Positions 1 to 11,980 of a DNA stretch of 64,000 nt are shown here, one piece after another. The translations under genes were made by a program, and so were the position numbers. The DNA is taken from positions 2,681,430 to 2,745,429 of the forward strand of contig MU055362.1 in the NCBI GenBank assembly GCA_013239625.1, written 5' to 3'. This DNA comes from Lama guanicoe. Taxonomy: Eukaryota. Within the stretch, counting starts at the first letter, position 1; each line of letters begins with the position of its first letter. Under the pieces are notes generated by a model, which was not told the origin of the DNA, did not search any database, and saw only the letters and a list, made by a program, of their open reading frames with translations.

Positions 1-1288
1 TCCACCGCTGTGACATTTGCTAATGAATAGCTCTCTTCCTGGAGCCAAAGAAAATTCATTGTCCTGCCACAGGAAAAACATACCACATGTTCCCTGACAG
101 CGCAAAGACGAATGCTGTCTGGACATGCTCACGCTGTACCCACGGCCTTTGGTTGAACCGGCCACACCTGCCTCTGGAACAGAGGTAAAGTCCAGGGCCA
201 TCTCTCTGCCTAGAGATGGGGCTCAGCTGGAGGGTGGAAGGTGGCAGCTCCTGGGAGGCAGGATCCAGGGTCCTGGCCATGAAGCCACAGCGGCTGCCCT
301 GCTGGCTGCTGTGAGTTTGAGGGTGTGTGAGCCCGAGAACCTGCTGGAGGGGCCCAAGGTACTATCGCACCACCTCCCCTGAGCTGCTGCCTGCAATCGG
401 AGGCCACAGCGCCCCCCGCCCACCTTGTTGAACACAGGGAACTCACCACGTAGCAGTCGCCCGCCGGAAAGGGAACGGGTCCTGAGTGAGCTGGAGCTGG
501 GGCAGCTTTCTGACCCACCAGTGGCTCACAAGTTATTTCCTTCCTCTGGACCTCAGATTCCTCACTGTTAAATAAAGACATAGGTGATGGCTTGGAAAAC
601 CGTTCATACTTATCGCTGTTAAACAGGGTCTCAAAATCGGATGACCTCCCCGCTGCTATCGTGTTAAATGAAACATTTGGTAGGTATATTTTCCCCTGCG
701 TACTTTGTGTGAGAAATATCGAAATACGTAAGAAAATATATGTATATTTATAGAAGGAGATATATACATACATCCATAATCGCTAACAGTGGTCCTCTCC
801 AGGTGGTGGAATTATGGGTACATAGTTCTAGCCTTATTTTTTTGAACATAAAAAACTCAAACCCAGGATGTTAGGGTTCAAATGCTGTGCTGCTGGCTCA
901 TTGATGCTGCTGCCTCTGCTTTTAAAGCCCAACAGTAACTCTCCTTCTTGTCCCTGGAGGCTGCAGCCAGCTCATCGCAGGGACCAGGTCCACCTGCCAG
1001 AAGCCCTTGGTAGCCACACCTGCCCATTCTACCCTGTTTCCCCTTCTGGGTTCCCCATGTGGCACACTGGAGCATGCTTTCAGCTGGGAATTGGTGGTGC
1101 CAAACTCCAGTTTCAAAACAGCCCTTGTGGAAGTCTGAGTCCTATATGTTTTTCACCTTTCAGCACTGGACCCATTGCCTCCACCCTAGATTCAAACATC
1201 AACATTCAACATGTTGGCCTGGAGAGGTGAGAACTGGAGTAGAGTGAGGCAGGTGGGTGGAGCTCTGAGGGGTCTTCTCTGCTTTCCA

Positions 1289-1619
1289 GTCTTAGCTTGG
1301 GCTGCTATCACAGGATACCATGGACTGGGTGGCTTATAAACAACAGAAATTATTTCTCATGGTTCTAGAGTCTGGAAGTCCAAGATCAAGGAGCAGGTGG
1401 ATTATCTGTCTGGTGGGGCCCTTCTTCCTGATTCATAGATGGCTGTTTTCTCACTGTGTCTTCAGATGGCCTCTTTTGTAAGGGCACTAACCCCACTCAT
1501 GAGGGCTCCCCCTTCATGACCTAGTCACCTCCCAAAGACTCTACCTCCATCTAGCTTTCCATTGGGGGTTAGGTTTCAACATAACATTGGAGGTGAGCAC
1601 AAACATTCAGTTTATAGCA
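1289..1619 (-). mobile_element. MaLR LTR, MLT1A-like solo LTR
   Basis: Typical antisense MLT1 text: 'gggtggcttataaacaacagaaatttatttctca..gttctagagtctggaagtccaagatcaag', 'aagggcactaaccccactcatgagggc', ending 'tttatagca'. Confidence 0.8.
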
Positions 1620-1879
1620 CTCTCCTTCTCAGCCATTCTCTAAGGGCACTCCTGACCCATACCTGTTCTCTCTGCCCTCCACGCTCTCCTGTAGTAAATC
1701 TGGCCCATGCATCAGAGCCAGCTCGTATGCTGCCTCCTTTTGTGTAGGCTCTGGCAGTAGACTGGAAAAGTGAGTTCCATCTCCCCAGCATGCTTTCCCA
1801 CACTCCTTCTTTAGGTTCCTCTGGGGAACTCCCTCAGGCCATGTGGTCCTTATACGGCTGTCAATCACAGCTCTGTCTC

Positions 1880-2285
1880 TCCCACAGGGAGGTCAGCATA
1901 GGACATAGTCTGGCCAATCAGAGGATCCAACCCCCTGGCCATAGAGATTGGTTCAGAGATGGGCATGTGACCCAAACAGAACCAGTCAGACTCTTCCCTG
2001 TGATTGATGTGAGCATGTTGCAAGAGAGAAGCGGTCTTTTCACTAACACTGCTTACCTGAGATGCTGTGAGTCTGCAGCTGCTGGTGGACACCTTGCCTG
2101 CATAGGAAGAGCACCTCATGCTAAAGAAAGCCATATACAGACAGAGCCCAAATGACATAATTGCTTCAGCCTCTGGATCCAGCTTTACCTGCAGCAGATA
2201 CTCCTGAACTTCTCAATGAGCTGGTAAATCTCCATTTGATTTGAACTGGTTTGATAAGAGGTTCTGTTCCTCGCATCTGAAGGAG
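1880..2285. mobile_element. Old MaLR LTR (MLT1J/K-like)
   Basis: Motifs 'ggccaatcaga', 'gattggttcagagatgggcatgtgaccca', 'ctctggatccagc' characteristic of old MLT1 LTRs. Confidence 0.55.
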
Positions 2286-2689
2286 ACCAGACCAGTTACA
2301 ACTCCTGGTCACCCCCTGCCCATCAGTGCCTCCCAACATGCACCTCCTTGGAGTTAGTAACTCTTATTTAAACTTCTGAGCTACATCGTTACCACTTGCT
2401 ACTGTCCTGCTCCTCAGCAGGACCTCCCTGCTCCTCTTTCGGCCCACAGCTCTGAGACCATAGGTCGTAGCAAAGGGGGATTGAGTGAACCGGAGAAGGA
2501 TGAGTGAACTTCAGGACCCTTTCTCCAGCTGCTCACACTTCTACTCAGGGACAGGCTGGGTCTGAACTTACCTTGCAAAGAGACTTTTAAATACAACAAA
2601 CAGATCCAGCCCGACCAGCCAACATTCCTACTTCAGGAATGAGGCTGGGCTTGGGCAGTGCCTCGATGATCCGGTTCTGATATGATGTT

Positions 2690-3745
2690 GGGACTCCTCC
2701 TCTGAGTGGTGGGGCCTGTGATCTCTTCCCTTGAACATGGGCTGGTCTTCATTCTAAAGCATGGCTGTGATGGTTCACATTGTGTGTCAGTTTGTCTGGG
2801 CTAAGGGATGCCCAGAGAGCTGGTAAAACATTGTTTCTGGGTGTGTCTGTGCAGGTGTCTCTGAAATTGATGAGCATCTGAATTGGTGAACTGAGCAAAG
2901 CAGATGGCCTTCCCCAGTGCAGGTAGGCATCATCCAATGCGCTGACATGCATAGAACAAAGCGGCTGAGGAAGGGTGAATTCATTCCGCTTGAGCAGAAT
3001 GCTTATTCTGTCTGCCTTCTTTGCCCTCAGATGTTGGTGCTTCTGGTTCTTGGGCTTTCAGAGTCACTTCCGGACTTACGCTGTGAGCTCCTGACTCCTA
3101 AAGCCCCACCCCACTCCCCATTCTCGGGCCATTGGACTCAGACTGAATTACACCAGCTTTCCTGGTTCTCCAACTTGCAGATGGTAGATTGTGGGACTTC
3201 TTGGCCTCCATAACTGTGTGAGACACTTCCTATAATAAATCTCCGTTTATATCTCTATGTATGTATCCAATTGGTTCTGTTTCTCCGGAGAACCCTGACT
3301 AATACAATGGCAGTAGTGGAGCTGCTTGACATCTGAACCAAGGCTATAAAAAGCGATCCGGTTTCCATCTGGTGTACACTCTTTCTATTTTTTTGTTTCC
3401 TCCCTTCCTTCCCCTCTCTCTCTCCTTTGACATGTGCTTTGGGAATCCTGAGCCAACATACAAGAAGCCTGGCTACTCTGAAGCTGCCATACTGGAGTGA
3501 CCACATTTGGAGGCCAAACAAAGGTAGAGAGGTGGCTGTCTGAGTCCTCTGAGCTTTTTAACGCCAGACATGTGGATGAGCCTTTGGATGATTCCAGCCC
3601 CCAGCCTCTGAGTTGTTCCAGATGATACCAAGTAGAATAGAGATTAGTTGTTCTTGCTGGGCCCCATGCAAAATGCAGATTTATGAGCAGAATAAATGAT
3701 GTTGTCTTAAGCACTAAGTCCTGGGATGACTTGTTATGCAGTGTC
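2690..3745 (+). mobile_element. MLT1G/H-like LTR interrupted by an MLT2 LTR
   Basis: 'cccttgaacatgggctgg' before the MLT2; after it 'gatgattccagcccccagcc', 'tgcagatttatgagcagaataaatga', 'ttgttatgcag'. Confidence 0.6.
2766..3306 (+). mobile_element. MLT2 (ERVL) solo LTR with perfect 5-bp TSD
   Basis: Starts TGTGATGGTT, ends 'gagaaccctgactaataCA'; ATGGC at 2761-2765 and 3307-3311. Confidence 0.9.
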
Positions 3746-3754
3746 GTTATTTGC

Positions 3755-4380
3755 ACGGTCTGGGCACGTGGACTAGCTCAAGTGTGGGAAGTCAAGCAAA
3801 ACCTCTGCTCAGCTGATCTAGAGCGTCTCTGTTTATACATCTCAAGCATAGTACAAGTATACATATCCGGGTGCCCATCTTTTTCACCATCTCTGGAGTC
3901 ACTATGGTCTTCAGCCAGTACCAAAGGTCTATGCTTGTCAGACCAGGAACACTTGGTTCTATTGCTGACAGAAACCATGCCGACCTTGTCTCTGGTGATT
4001 AAATATAATCACTTGGCCTCCGCTTCTCTAGGATTTCATCTTCCCTATTGAACTGAGGAAACCTAGTTTGATGGCGCTATCATTTCTGGCCTATAGAGAA
4101 AAACCATCATAGAGACCTTCAAGGACATTCTGCAACCCCCACCAAATTATTTCGCAGAGCCTCAGTGATGCGAGTGTCCTCTGGGTCCTCCCAGGGGTGA
4201 ATGAGCAAGTTCTGCACAGTAGATCCACTCTGGTTTTCCAACCTCCCAAGCCCGTGGACACCTTCCTCTGCAGTATACCCAGGAAGTTTTGGCACCTCAA
4301 CCTCATTCATCGTATACCTACTTGGGCCTAGGACTCGGTCAACCAAGCAAGTTGACGAAAAACTGAAGCCCTATGCCTGT
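3755..4380 (-). mobile_element. Degenerate ERVL-class gag fragment
   Basis: ORF 4119-4346 'EVEVPKLPGYTAEEGVHGL...PWEDPEDTRITEALRNNLV' resembles ERVL gag (recalled 'ELEMPDLPWFNVEEGIQRL...WEGPEDIPFTNALRNRFV'). ORF 3778-3978 'YKQRRSRS' resembles 'YKQKTSRS'. Broken by frameshifts and stops. Confidence 0.75.
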
Positions 4381-4439
4381 AACATTTCTCAGTGTACAGC
4401 CTGAATTTAAAATATTAGATGACTTCCCAAGCTGAGGTA

Positions 4440-6590
4440 TTAATGTCAAATATAGTCCCTCTGGGACACCTTGCAGAAGCAAATATAAGACTTTTACTAG
4501 AAATTCTTTCATAGTTCAGGGGCCATGGGATTGCTGAAGATGAACAGAATCCAGACACAAAGGATGTGAAGAATCATCTCAGGGAAGACACGGCACACAG
4601 GATTAATATTTTAAGAACTTGAGAAAATTTGAACATACTAAAGAAAGAAAAAAAATGAAAAGAAGCAATAAGGAAAGAACAGAATACAACAATAACAGAA
4701 AGGAAGATTTGGAAAAGAGCTATATTCAATAATATAGAAGTGAAAAAAGCCATTGAAATAAAGGTACTCAGTGAATAGGTTAAATAGTAGGTTAGACATG
4801 AAGAGAAAATTAGTGATGAAATTATCTCAACCGCAATACGAAATGATAAAGAGAAGGAGTGAGAGATTAGGAGACATGGAAGATAGAATGAGAAAGTCCA
4901 ACATACATCTAATAGGCATTTCAAGACATGTAACATGGAATAAGAGAAAGTAACGTTTATAGAGATAATGGGTGAGAATTTTCTAGAACTGATGAAAGCT
5001 AAGACTCTTCCTATGGAAAATGTACAAGAAGTCCTCTGAAGGCAAAGACAAGTAAATCTACACTTATGTACAATGAGTAAAATTGCAGAAAACCAAAAAC
5101 AAAGAGAAATCTTAAAAGTAACCAGACTCAGATTATTTACTAAAGAGCAATGATTGGGCTGACCAGCAGATTTAGTAACAATAGAGGCCAGAAGACAATG
5201 GAACTATATAATTAAGATACCACTATAAACAATGGTCAATCAAAAAATCTGTGGGCAGCTAAGAATGAGTGCAAAAAAAAAAAAGAGAGAGAGACAGGTT
5301 CAGACTAAGAAAGTCTGAGACTCAAACACTCACAGACCCTTGCTGAAAGAATTACTGAAGCATGTACAGTTGTCCCATGGTATCTGTGAGGCACTGGTTC
5401 CAGGAATCCCTCATGGATATCAAAATCCACAGATGCTCAAGTCCCTTACATAAAGTGGTGAGTGCAATGAATACAGTCGAACCTCTGAGTTTAAGCCCAG
5501 AAGGAAAAGGTAGGATGTAAGAAGTAATTGTAAGGCAATAATTTGATAATTATATGCATATAAGCACTGATTGTATAAAAATTAGCAATGAAATCGCAAA
5601 CAGGTTTGGGGATTCTGAAACACATGGAACTAAAATCCTAGATCACAACGCCTGAAGAAATGGTGGGAAGATTGAAGGCAAGTTGTCCTAAGGTCTTTGC
5701 GTCATTGAGGTGGGGGACACAGACGTTGCTTAACTTGAAACGTTGTGAAGTATTCATATTAAAATATGATAGAAAACTAGCTACGATAGTAAAACAGCAT
5801 ATATGCGTTTGAAATTAGTAGAAAAAGAATCTTTTGAAAATGTGATTCAGGAAAGGAGAAGAAAGCAGCAAAGAAAAAACCAGGCTAAACAGAGAACACA
5901 AAATAGGATGACAGTAGGGAATCCGAGTACTTTAGTCATCACAATGCAGGTAAATGCATTTCACTTGACATCTCAAAGACAGAAATGCTCCAAATGGGTT
6001 ACAAAATAGAACAACAACTTGAATCCAGCTTTGTGCAGCAGCTAACAATGGTGCATCTAAAACATAAGGATACTGAAAGGTCGAAAGAGATGGAAAAAGT
6101 TACATCCAACAACTATTAACCAGAAGAAAGCTAGTGTAGCAATGTTATTATCAGACAAAATTAATGAAAAAGAGGGCCTGACACCATGTGAAAGGAACAA
6201 TTCACCAGGAAGATGTACTTGGACTTGTCTCCTCTACCAACATTATTTCAAATATATACAGAAAGTAGACAGAATTATAAGGAGAAATGGAAACACGTGT
6301 AATCTGAGGGGGAGATTCTAACACAGTTTTCTGGGAAATGAGAGCTCTGGTAGACAAAAAAAATTAATAAAGATATAGTTTTGAACATCATCAATCTTGA
6401 TTGGATGATTACATAGAGAACCCTAACCCTGTATTTATCATTTAAATACATATTTTTCAAGCAAATGTGAAACATTTATAAAAATTGATCACTCACTAGC
6501 CCAAAGCAAGTCTCAACAAATACCAAAGAACCACTATCATACAGACCACATTCTCAAACCACAGTCAAGAAAACTACAAATCAATAGTGA
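4440..6590 (+). mobile_element. Old L1 (L1M-type) ORF1/ORF2-start remnant
   Basis: A-rich plus strand. ORF1-like 'LNSRLD...LGDMEDRMRKSNIHLIGI'; ORF2 endonuclease N-terminus-like 'MTVGNPSTLVITMQVNAF..QRQKCSKWV'. Confidence 0.85.
5366..5487. mobile_element. MER2 (Tigger-derived) fragment nested in L1
   Basis: 'cagttgtcccatggtatctg...ctggttccagga...caaaatccacagatgctcaagtcccttac' matches the recalled MER2 terminus. Confidence 0.7.
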
Positions 6591-7267
6591 AAGTTAGCCA
6601 GAAAAGAGGGGGAAATTATTCTCAGGATTTCCAGCCACACTCACAACATCATGACATCGGGCGTGGGAACCCGGCTGAGAGTTATCACTGTGGGCTGACA
6701 CCCTCTGTTATTACGGGGCAGATCATCCCTCCCTGGGCTGGTGTGTGGGTCCAAGGACAGAGAGTGCATTGTCAGCATAACTTGGCAGGCTCACTAGCTG
6801 GGGGGTCAGTCTTCAAGGCTGACCCCCCAGTGGCAGCAGCTGAGTCAAGGGACAGACTGAGATGACACCTCCGGGGTCTTATCTTTGGCTTTCTCCTTGG
6901 TTGTCCACTGACTCTGGATTCATGTCTGGATAAAAAACCCATCTTCAGGCTGGAAGAAGCCTCTACCTTGAGTGCTGTTGGGACGCCTCTGTTTTCACCT
7001 TCATTCGTCTGTGCTCTAGACCCTGCCAGTCCCTGAGAGTGAGGTGGGGTCTTGCTGAATGAGCACTGCACTGCATATTTTGGCTTTAGGGTGGCTTTGG
7101 GTTTGGTCATTGGGTTTGGCCCAATGCTGGGCCCCCGCTCGGAGGAGGAGTGGCAGTGTGTCAGATGGAGAACGGTCTAAGAGTCAGGCAGCCTGACTTC
7201 TGGTCTGAGCCCTCTCACTAAGCAGTTCTCAAGCAAGTTACTGCTGCCATGAACCCCAGTATGTATC

Positions 7268-7968
7268 TTTTTAAAAAACTGAAGTATAGTTGATTTACAA
7301 TGTGTGTTATTCTCTGGTTTACAGCAAAGTGAGTCAGTTATATATATTCTTTTTCAGATTCCTTTCCATTATGCATTATTACAAGATATTGAATATTGTT
7401 CCCATATGAATATGAGTATGAATATGTGCTATACCATAGGACCCTGTTGTTTATCTATTTTATATATAGTAGTGCCTGCTAATCCCAAACTCCTAATTTA
7501 TCCCTCCCCCATCTTTCCCCCCTGGTAAACATAAGTTTGTTTTCTATGTCTGTGAATCTGTTTCTGTTTTCTAAATAAATTCATTTGTATCATTTTTTAA
7601 AGATTCTATGTATAAATGATATATATCTTTCTCTGTCTGACTTACTTCACTTAGTATGATAATCTCTAGGTCCATCCAAATCTATGTTACTATAAATGAC
7701 ATCATTTCATTCCTTTTTTACGGCCGAGTAGTATTCCATTGTACATATATACTTCTTTACCCAATCATCTGTCAATGGACAGTTAGTTCACTTCCATATC
7801 TTGACTATTTTAAGTAGTGCTTCTGTGAACATTGGAGTGTATATATCTTTTCAAGTTAGAGTTTTCTACGGATATATGCCCAGGAGTAGGATTGCTGGAT
7901 CACATGGTAACTAATTTTAGTTTTTTAAAGAACCTCCATACTGTTCTCCATAGTGGCTGCACCAATCC
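7268..7968 (-). mobile_element. 5'-truncated L1 (cetartiodactyl-type 3' UTR plus ORF2 end)
   Basis: 'gaagtatagttgatttacaatg', 'tctgacttacttcacttagtatgataatctctaggtccatcc', 'gaacctccatactgttctccatagtggctgcaccaat'. Confidence 0.9.
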
Positions 7969-8014
7969 AGTGTATATATTTTTTTAAGATACTCAGCCGA
8001 CCAGAGGGAAGTTA

Positions 8015-8800
8015 AGAATCTGGGAGTTTTATCTAGGACTCTTGGATGCAAATGACAGAAACCCATCTCAGACTGGCTCAAGCAAAAAGGGGATTGATTG
8101 ATGAAGGCAGTCAAAAAGTATAAACTTCCAGTTATAAGAGAAATAAGTACTAGCGATGTAATGTATAACATGATAAATATAATTAACCTGCTGTCTATTA
8201 TATATGAAAGTTGCTAAGAGAGTAAATCCTTAGAGTTCTTATCATAAGAAAATTTTTTTTCTCCTGTTTCTTTAACTTTATTTTATATGAGATGACAGAT
8301 ATTCACTAAACTTACTATGATAATCATTTCATGATGTATGTAAATCAAATCATTACTCTACACCTTAAACTTATACAGTTCTATAAGTCAGTTATATCTC
8401 AATAAAACTGGAAGAAGAAAGGAAAAAAAAGGGGGGATTGATTGGCTGATGAAACTGGGAGGCTCAAGAGTGATGCTGGCTTTAGATGTGACTGGATCCA
8501 GAGCTTCAAACAAGATCATTAAGGCTTTTTTTTCTCTGCGTTGCTCAGCACTGCTGTCCTCTGAGCTGGCTTCAATCTCAGGCAGACGGTGCCCACCCAC
8601 AGCAGAGAGGCCCAGCTGCAGATCCAGGCTTCCATCCAATCAGCTTTAGAGCCTCAGTGGGAAGATAATACCTTTCTTTTTTTTTGATAGTTTCAGCACA
8701 AATCCCAGGATTGAACCTTATTGGTCTGACTTAGGTCTCATGCCCATGCCTGAACTGATCACTGTGGCCAGATGATTGGATGCCCTGGTGGACCGAGGCT
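8015..8800. mobile_element. Old MLT1 LTR split by an L1 insertion
   Basis: 'ttggatgcaaatgacagaaaccc...ctggctcaagcaaaaagggg' resumes after 8444 with 'ctggatccagagcttcaaac...ttggtctgacttaggtctcatgcccatgcctgaac'. Confidence 0.65.
8101..8430 (+). mobile_element. L1MA-like 3' end with TSD
   Basis: L1 3' UTR 'aaacttccagttataag...acaccttaaacttatacag...gttatatctcaataaaactgg' plus A-rich tail; flanked by AAAAAGGGG(GG)ATTGATTG at 8084-8100 and 8426-8444. Confidence 0.85.
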
Positions 8801-9602
8801 TGGTCATGGGCTCACTGCTGGAGCTGGGGGGGAGTGACTTCCCAAGACTTCCAGGGTATCAGGGAAGCAGCAGGCAGCCCAGAGGCAGGCGGTTGTGACC
8901 CTCCCCTCCCCACCATGGTTACTGGGCTGGGATGCAGAGATGAATTTGGATCTTAAATTGCTCACACTCTGGGGAGGGCAGATAAATACACAACGAACCA
9001 TAGTACCAGCCAGACCATTTCAAAGGCTATAATTGCAGCCCACACAAAGTGCTGCCAGAGCCCAAAGGAGGCAGGAATTAACTGTGCCTGGGGACCCAGG
9101 AGGGCTTCTCAGAGGAGGTGATACAGATTTGTCCTCCATCTCTCCCTTTCCTTTCCCTTCTGCCTGCACTCATGGGCAGATGAGACATGCGGTAACTCAG
9201 GGCTAACCCTGGCACAGGACCTGAGCCTCCCCTCCCTCTGAAGGAATTGGCTGCAGCATCAGAAATCTGATTACTGGGGACTGAGTGGCTTCTAAGGGCT
9301 CCTCAAGGACCCTGGCTTCGCACGTCTGAATATGGAAATTTAATAACCATACTTGATATAACCCTCCAGCTCTGTCTGTACCACTCCAGAGAGAATATTA
9401 GTCTTGGTGTTTGCAATTTTACAGACATTAGGGAACTGGTGCAAAAAATACTGGTGCCTGAGTTCATGGGTCTGAGGTGACAGAAGAGGCTGGTTCTGTT
9501 GTTGATAGAATCAGAATGTGAGACATGGATGGCCTTAGAGGTGAGTCAGGCCAGGGGGACGTCACATGGGGTCTGTGAAGTCTCCTGATTTGGAAACAGA
9601 AT

Positions 9603-9622
9603 TGTGTCCGTGTCCGTGTGTG

Positions 9623-9658
<36 letters not shown>
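9603..9658 (+). repeat. Compound (TGTCCG)n/(TG)n microsatellite
   Basis: Directly visible. Confidence 0.95.
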
Positions 9659-9659
<1 letters not shown>

Positions 9660-10474
9660 AGGGGCAGTCCCTAGGGAAAGGGTACTTAGCTCTCATCAGA
9701 TTCACTAAGGGATCTATGAACACCGAAAACTAAGAGCTCGAACCAGGACCCAAACTCTCATTCGGTGATGGAGGAAAATGGAGCCCTGAGGAGAAAATAT
9801 TTCCAAGAGAGCCCCTCGGGTCAGTGTCCGAGTTGGTGCTGAAACTCAGAAGTCCAGATCCTGGCCTGGCGGTGGGGGGCTCTTCCTCCCTTCCTCCAAA
9901 CCAGGGGTTCCCAAGCTGACTAGGCATCAGAACCCTCTGGGAGGCTTGTCAACCCCCACTGTCCTGGGCCGGCGCCAGGCCCCTGAGTAGAGGGCGGCTG
10001 AGCCCCAGGAACCTGAGGGCTTAGCAGGCTCCCATGTGGGTCTCCTGCAGGCCACCCAGACCTGGCGCTGCCACGAAGGTCTGGTCCGGTGCTTGGGAGT
10101 TGCCTGAGAGAAGGCGACAGCTCAGGGCAGCGCAGGCAGGCCTCCCGGGCAGCAGGCCTGGGAGCTGGGCTTCGCCGTTCACTTGCCGAGAAGCCTCAGA
10201 CACATTGTTTTACTTTTACTGAACCGCTGCGTTATCCATCACTTGGGGTAGGCGCTCCCCACCGGGCTGGTGTGAGGATACAGTGTGGGTGAAGGCATTC
10301 TGTAAACCACGGTGTTGGGCTGAGGGGCCTTTCCTTCTAGTTGCTGACCTCTCCTGAAAATTCTGGTTCTGTCTCTCCGCTGCCAGAGACAAGCTGGGAT
10401 AGGGACAGCGGGGAAGCCGAAGGTCTGATTCACTCCAGCCAGAGCCGCGGGCCCCGCTGGATGCACTGTCTGAA

Positions 10475-10493
10475 GGGCGCCCCCTGGTGTCCA
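10475..10493 (-). promoter_or_regulatory. Candidate CTCF binding site
   Basis: Minus strand TGGACACCAGGGGGCGCCC matches the consensus TGGCCACCAGGGGGCGCTA at 16/19; CpG retained; non-repeat context. Confidence 0.65.
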
Positions 10494-11739
10494 TCACCAT
10501 AAATCATCCGCCCTGTTTGGGAATGACCGGTGATGGTCCCCCTCCCCTGAAGTCATCACCTTCTCTTTCCCAGATGGAGTTCCAAACTGAAATGTACAGT
10601 AGGACTGCACATGCTGAACGAATTCTGGTGCACCGTCCTCCCACCTTCCTGCATTCCAGGATAGAGGACGCACAGGAGTGAAGGGTAAACAACACCCACT
10701 GCTTATTGTGAAGTCCAGGAAGCTCACACTTCGTCCCGCTTCTGAAACCTTGGCCTTTCAGGGTCATGAAGATATTCTCCTAATTACTTTCTAGAAGATT
10801 TTGTTTTACTTTCCATGGTCTATACATAAAAAGAAAACCCAAAATTTGCTTAAAGATTAGACATTGGTTGCTGTGGAGTGGAATTCATTTTGGGGCAAAA
10901 ACAGGTAGTAAAAACACCTAAGCTTTGGTTTCCTTAGCTGGGAAATGGGATAATTTCCCCAGGGTGGTTGTGACATTAAATGTGATAATATGTATAAAGT
11001 GCTCAGAGGAGGGGGCGGGCACACAGTAAGCACAGCTCAAGGTGGGCTCTTGTTCTTTTGGGCTCACCTAGTTGTTTTCCAGTTTTCCTACTTGTCAGTG
11101 ACGGTCATGGAGATAATTTCCGGTTTTGCACGCTTACAATCCACGCTGCACAATTAAGCTTGTAAACAGAGGCACTTATGAGTATTTCTGCAGGACAGAT
11201 TCTTGATGATTCCTTGTGCCTCCATCAAATGTCCTCACTAAGGGAAAAAGAGGAAAGGACTAGGAAGACGGTGCCAGGTTCTCAGTCTGTCCCTTGGGAA
11301 AGGATGGGTGAGGAGCTGTCCTTTGAGAAGCTGCTGGAGAAGGGCCAGGAGGAAGAAGATATCTGTAAGACTTGCCCTCAGAAGTGGGGGGAGTGGTTAG
11401 GATGCAGGTGTGGAATAAGAGCCATTTGCTGCAAACGGTGAGAATGAGAAAAATAGCGAGTGGGAGCCTTTGTTCCTTTCAGAGTAGTAATTGCCTTTGA
11501 TGGGCTCTTAATAGGAGTCATTATGTGGTTATTAAGAAGGGAATGTGATGAGCCCAGCTCTGAATAGCTAAGTTCCGGGGTCTCCTGGTTTTTTTAATGC
11601 TGGTTTTTGCCTCTGCAAATAAGGAGCCAGGCAACTTTTCTGGAACCCCCTAGAATCAGGGGTTTTGATCTTAGAGCCCAGCAGGTTGGGACAATGCCTG
11701 AGGGTGCCAGTTACCTCCTGGGGAAGCTAATGCGCGGGC

Positions 11740-11980
11740 AGGGGTGGGAAAGAAAAGGAAAGGAAGATATGAGTAAGGAGGTAGAAAGGGACATTAAGAG
11801 AGGTGGAAGTGATGGAGAGAGATGGGAAGAGACTGAGTAAGGGAGAGAGAGGGGGAGAGGGACTGGAACAGAGAGACAGTGAGCAGAAAGTGAAGGGGAG
11901 AGGAGGTGGGGGACAGAAGTAAAGGGGAGTGGCAGGGGGAGAGACAAAAGGAGAGGCGGAAAAAAAGGCAAATGAAAAGA
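11740..11980 (+). repeat. GA-rich polypurine low-complexity tract
   Basis: About 240 bp, overwhelmingly A/G on the plus strand. Confidence 0.85.

Noticed and set aside
210-773. 187-aa minus-strand ORF
   Set aside because: It starts in AT-rich or L1-like sequence and matches no family I recognise; likely a chance ORF.
2572-2700. 'YQNRIIEAL' resembling the end of a RhoGAP domain
   Set aside because: Too short, and no other RhoGAP exons were found nearby.
7081-7120. Telomere-like TTAGGG/TTTGGG words
   Set aside because: Only one exact TTAGGG; not an array.
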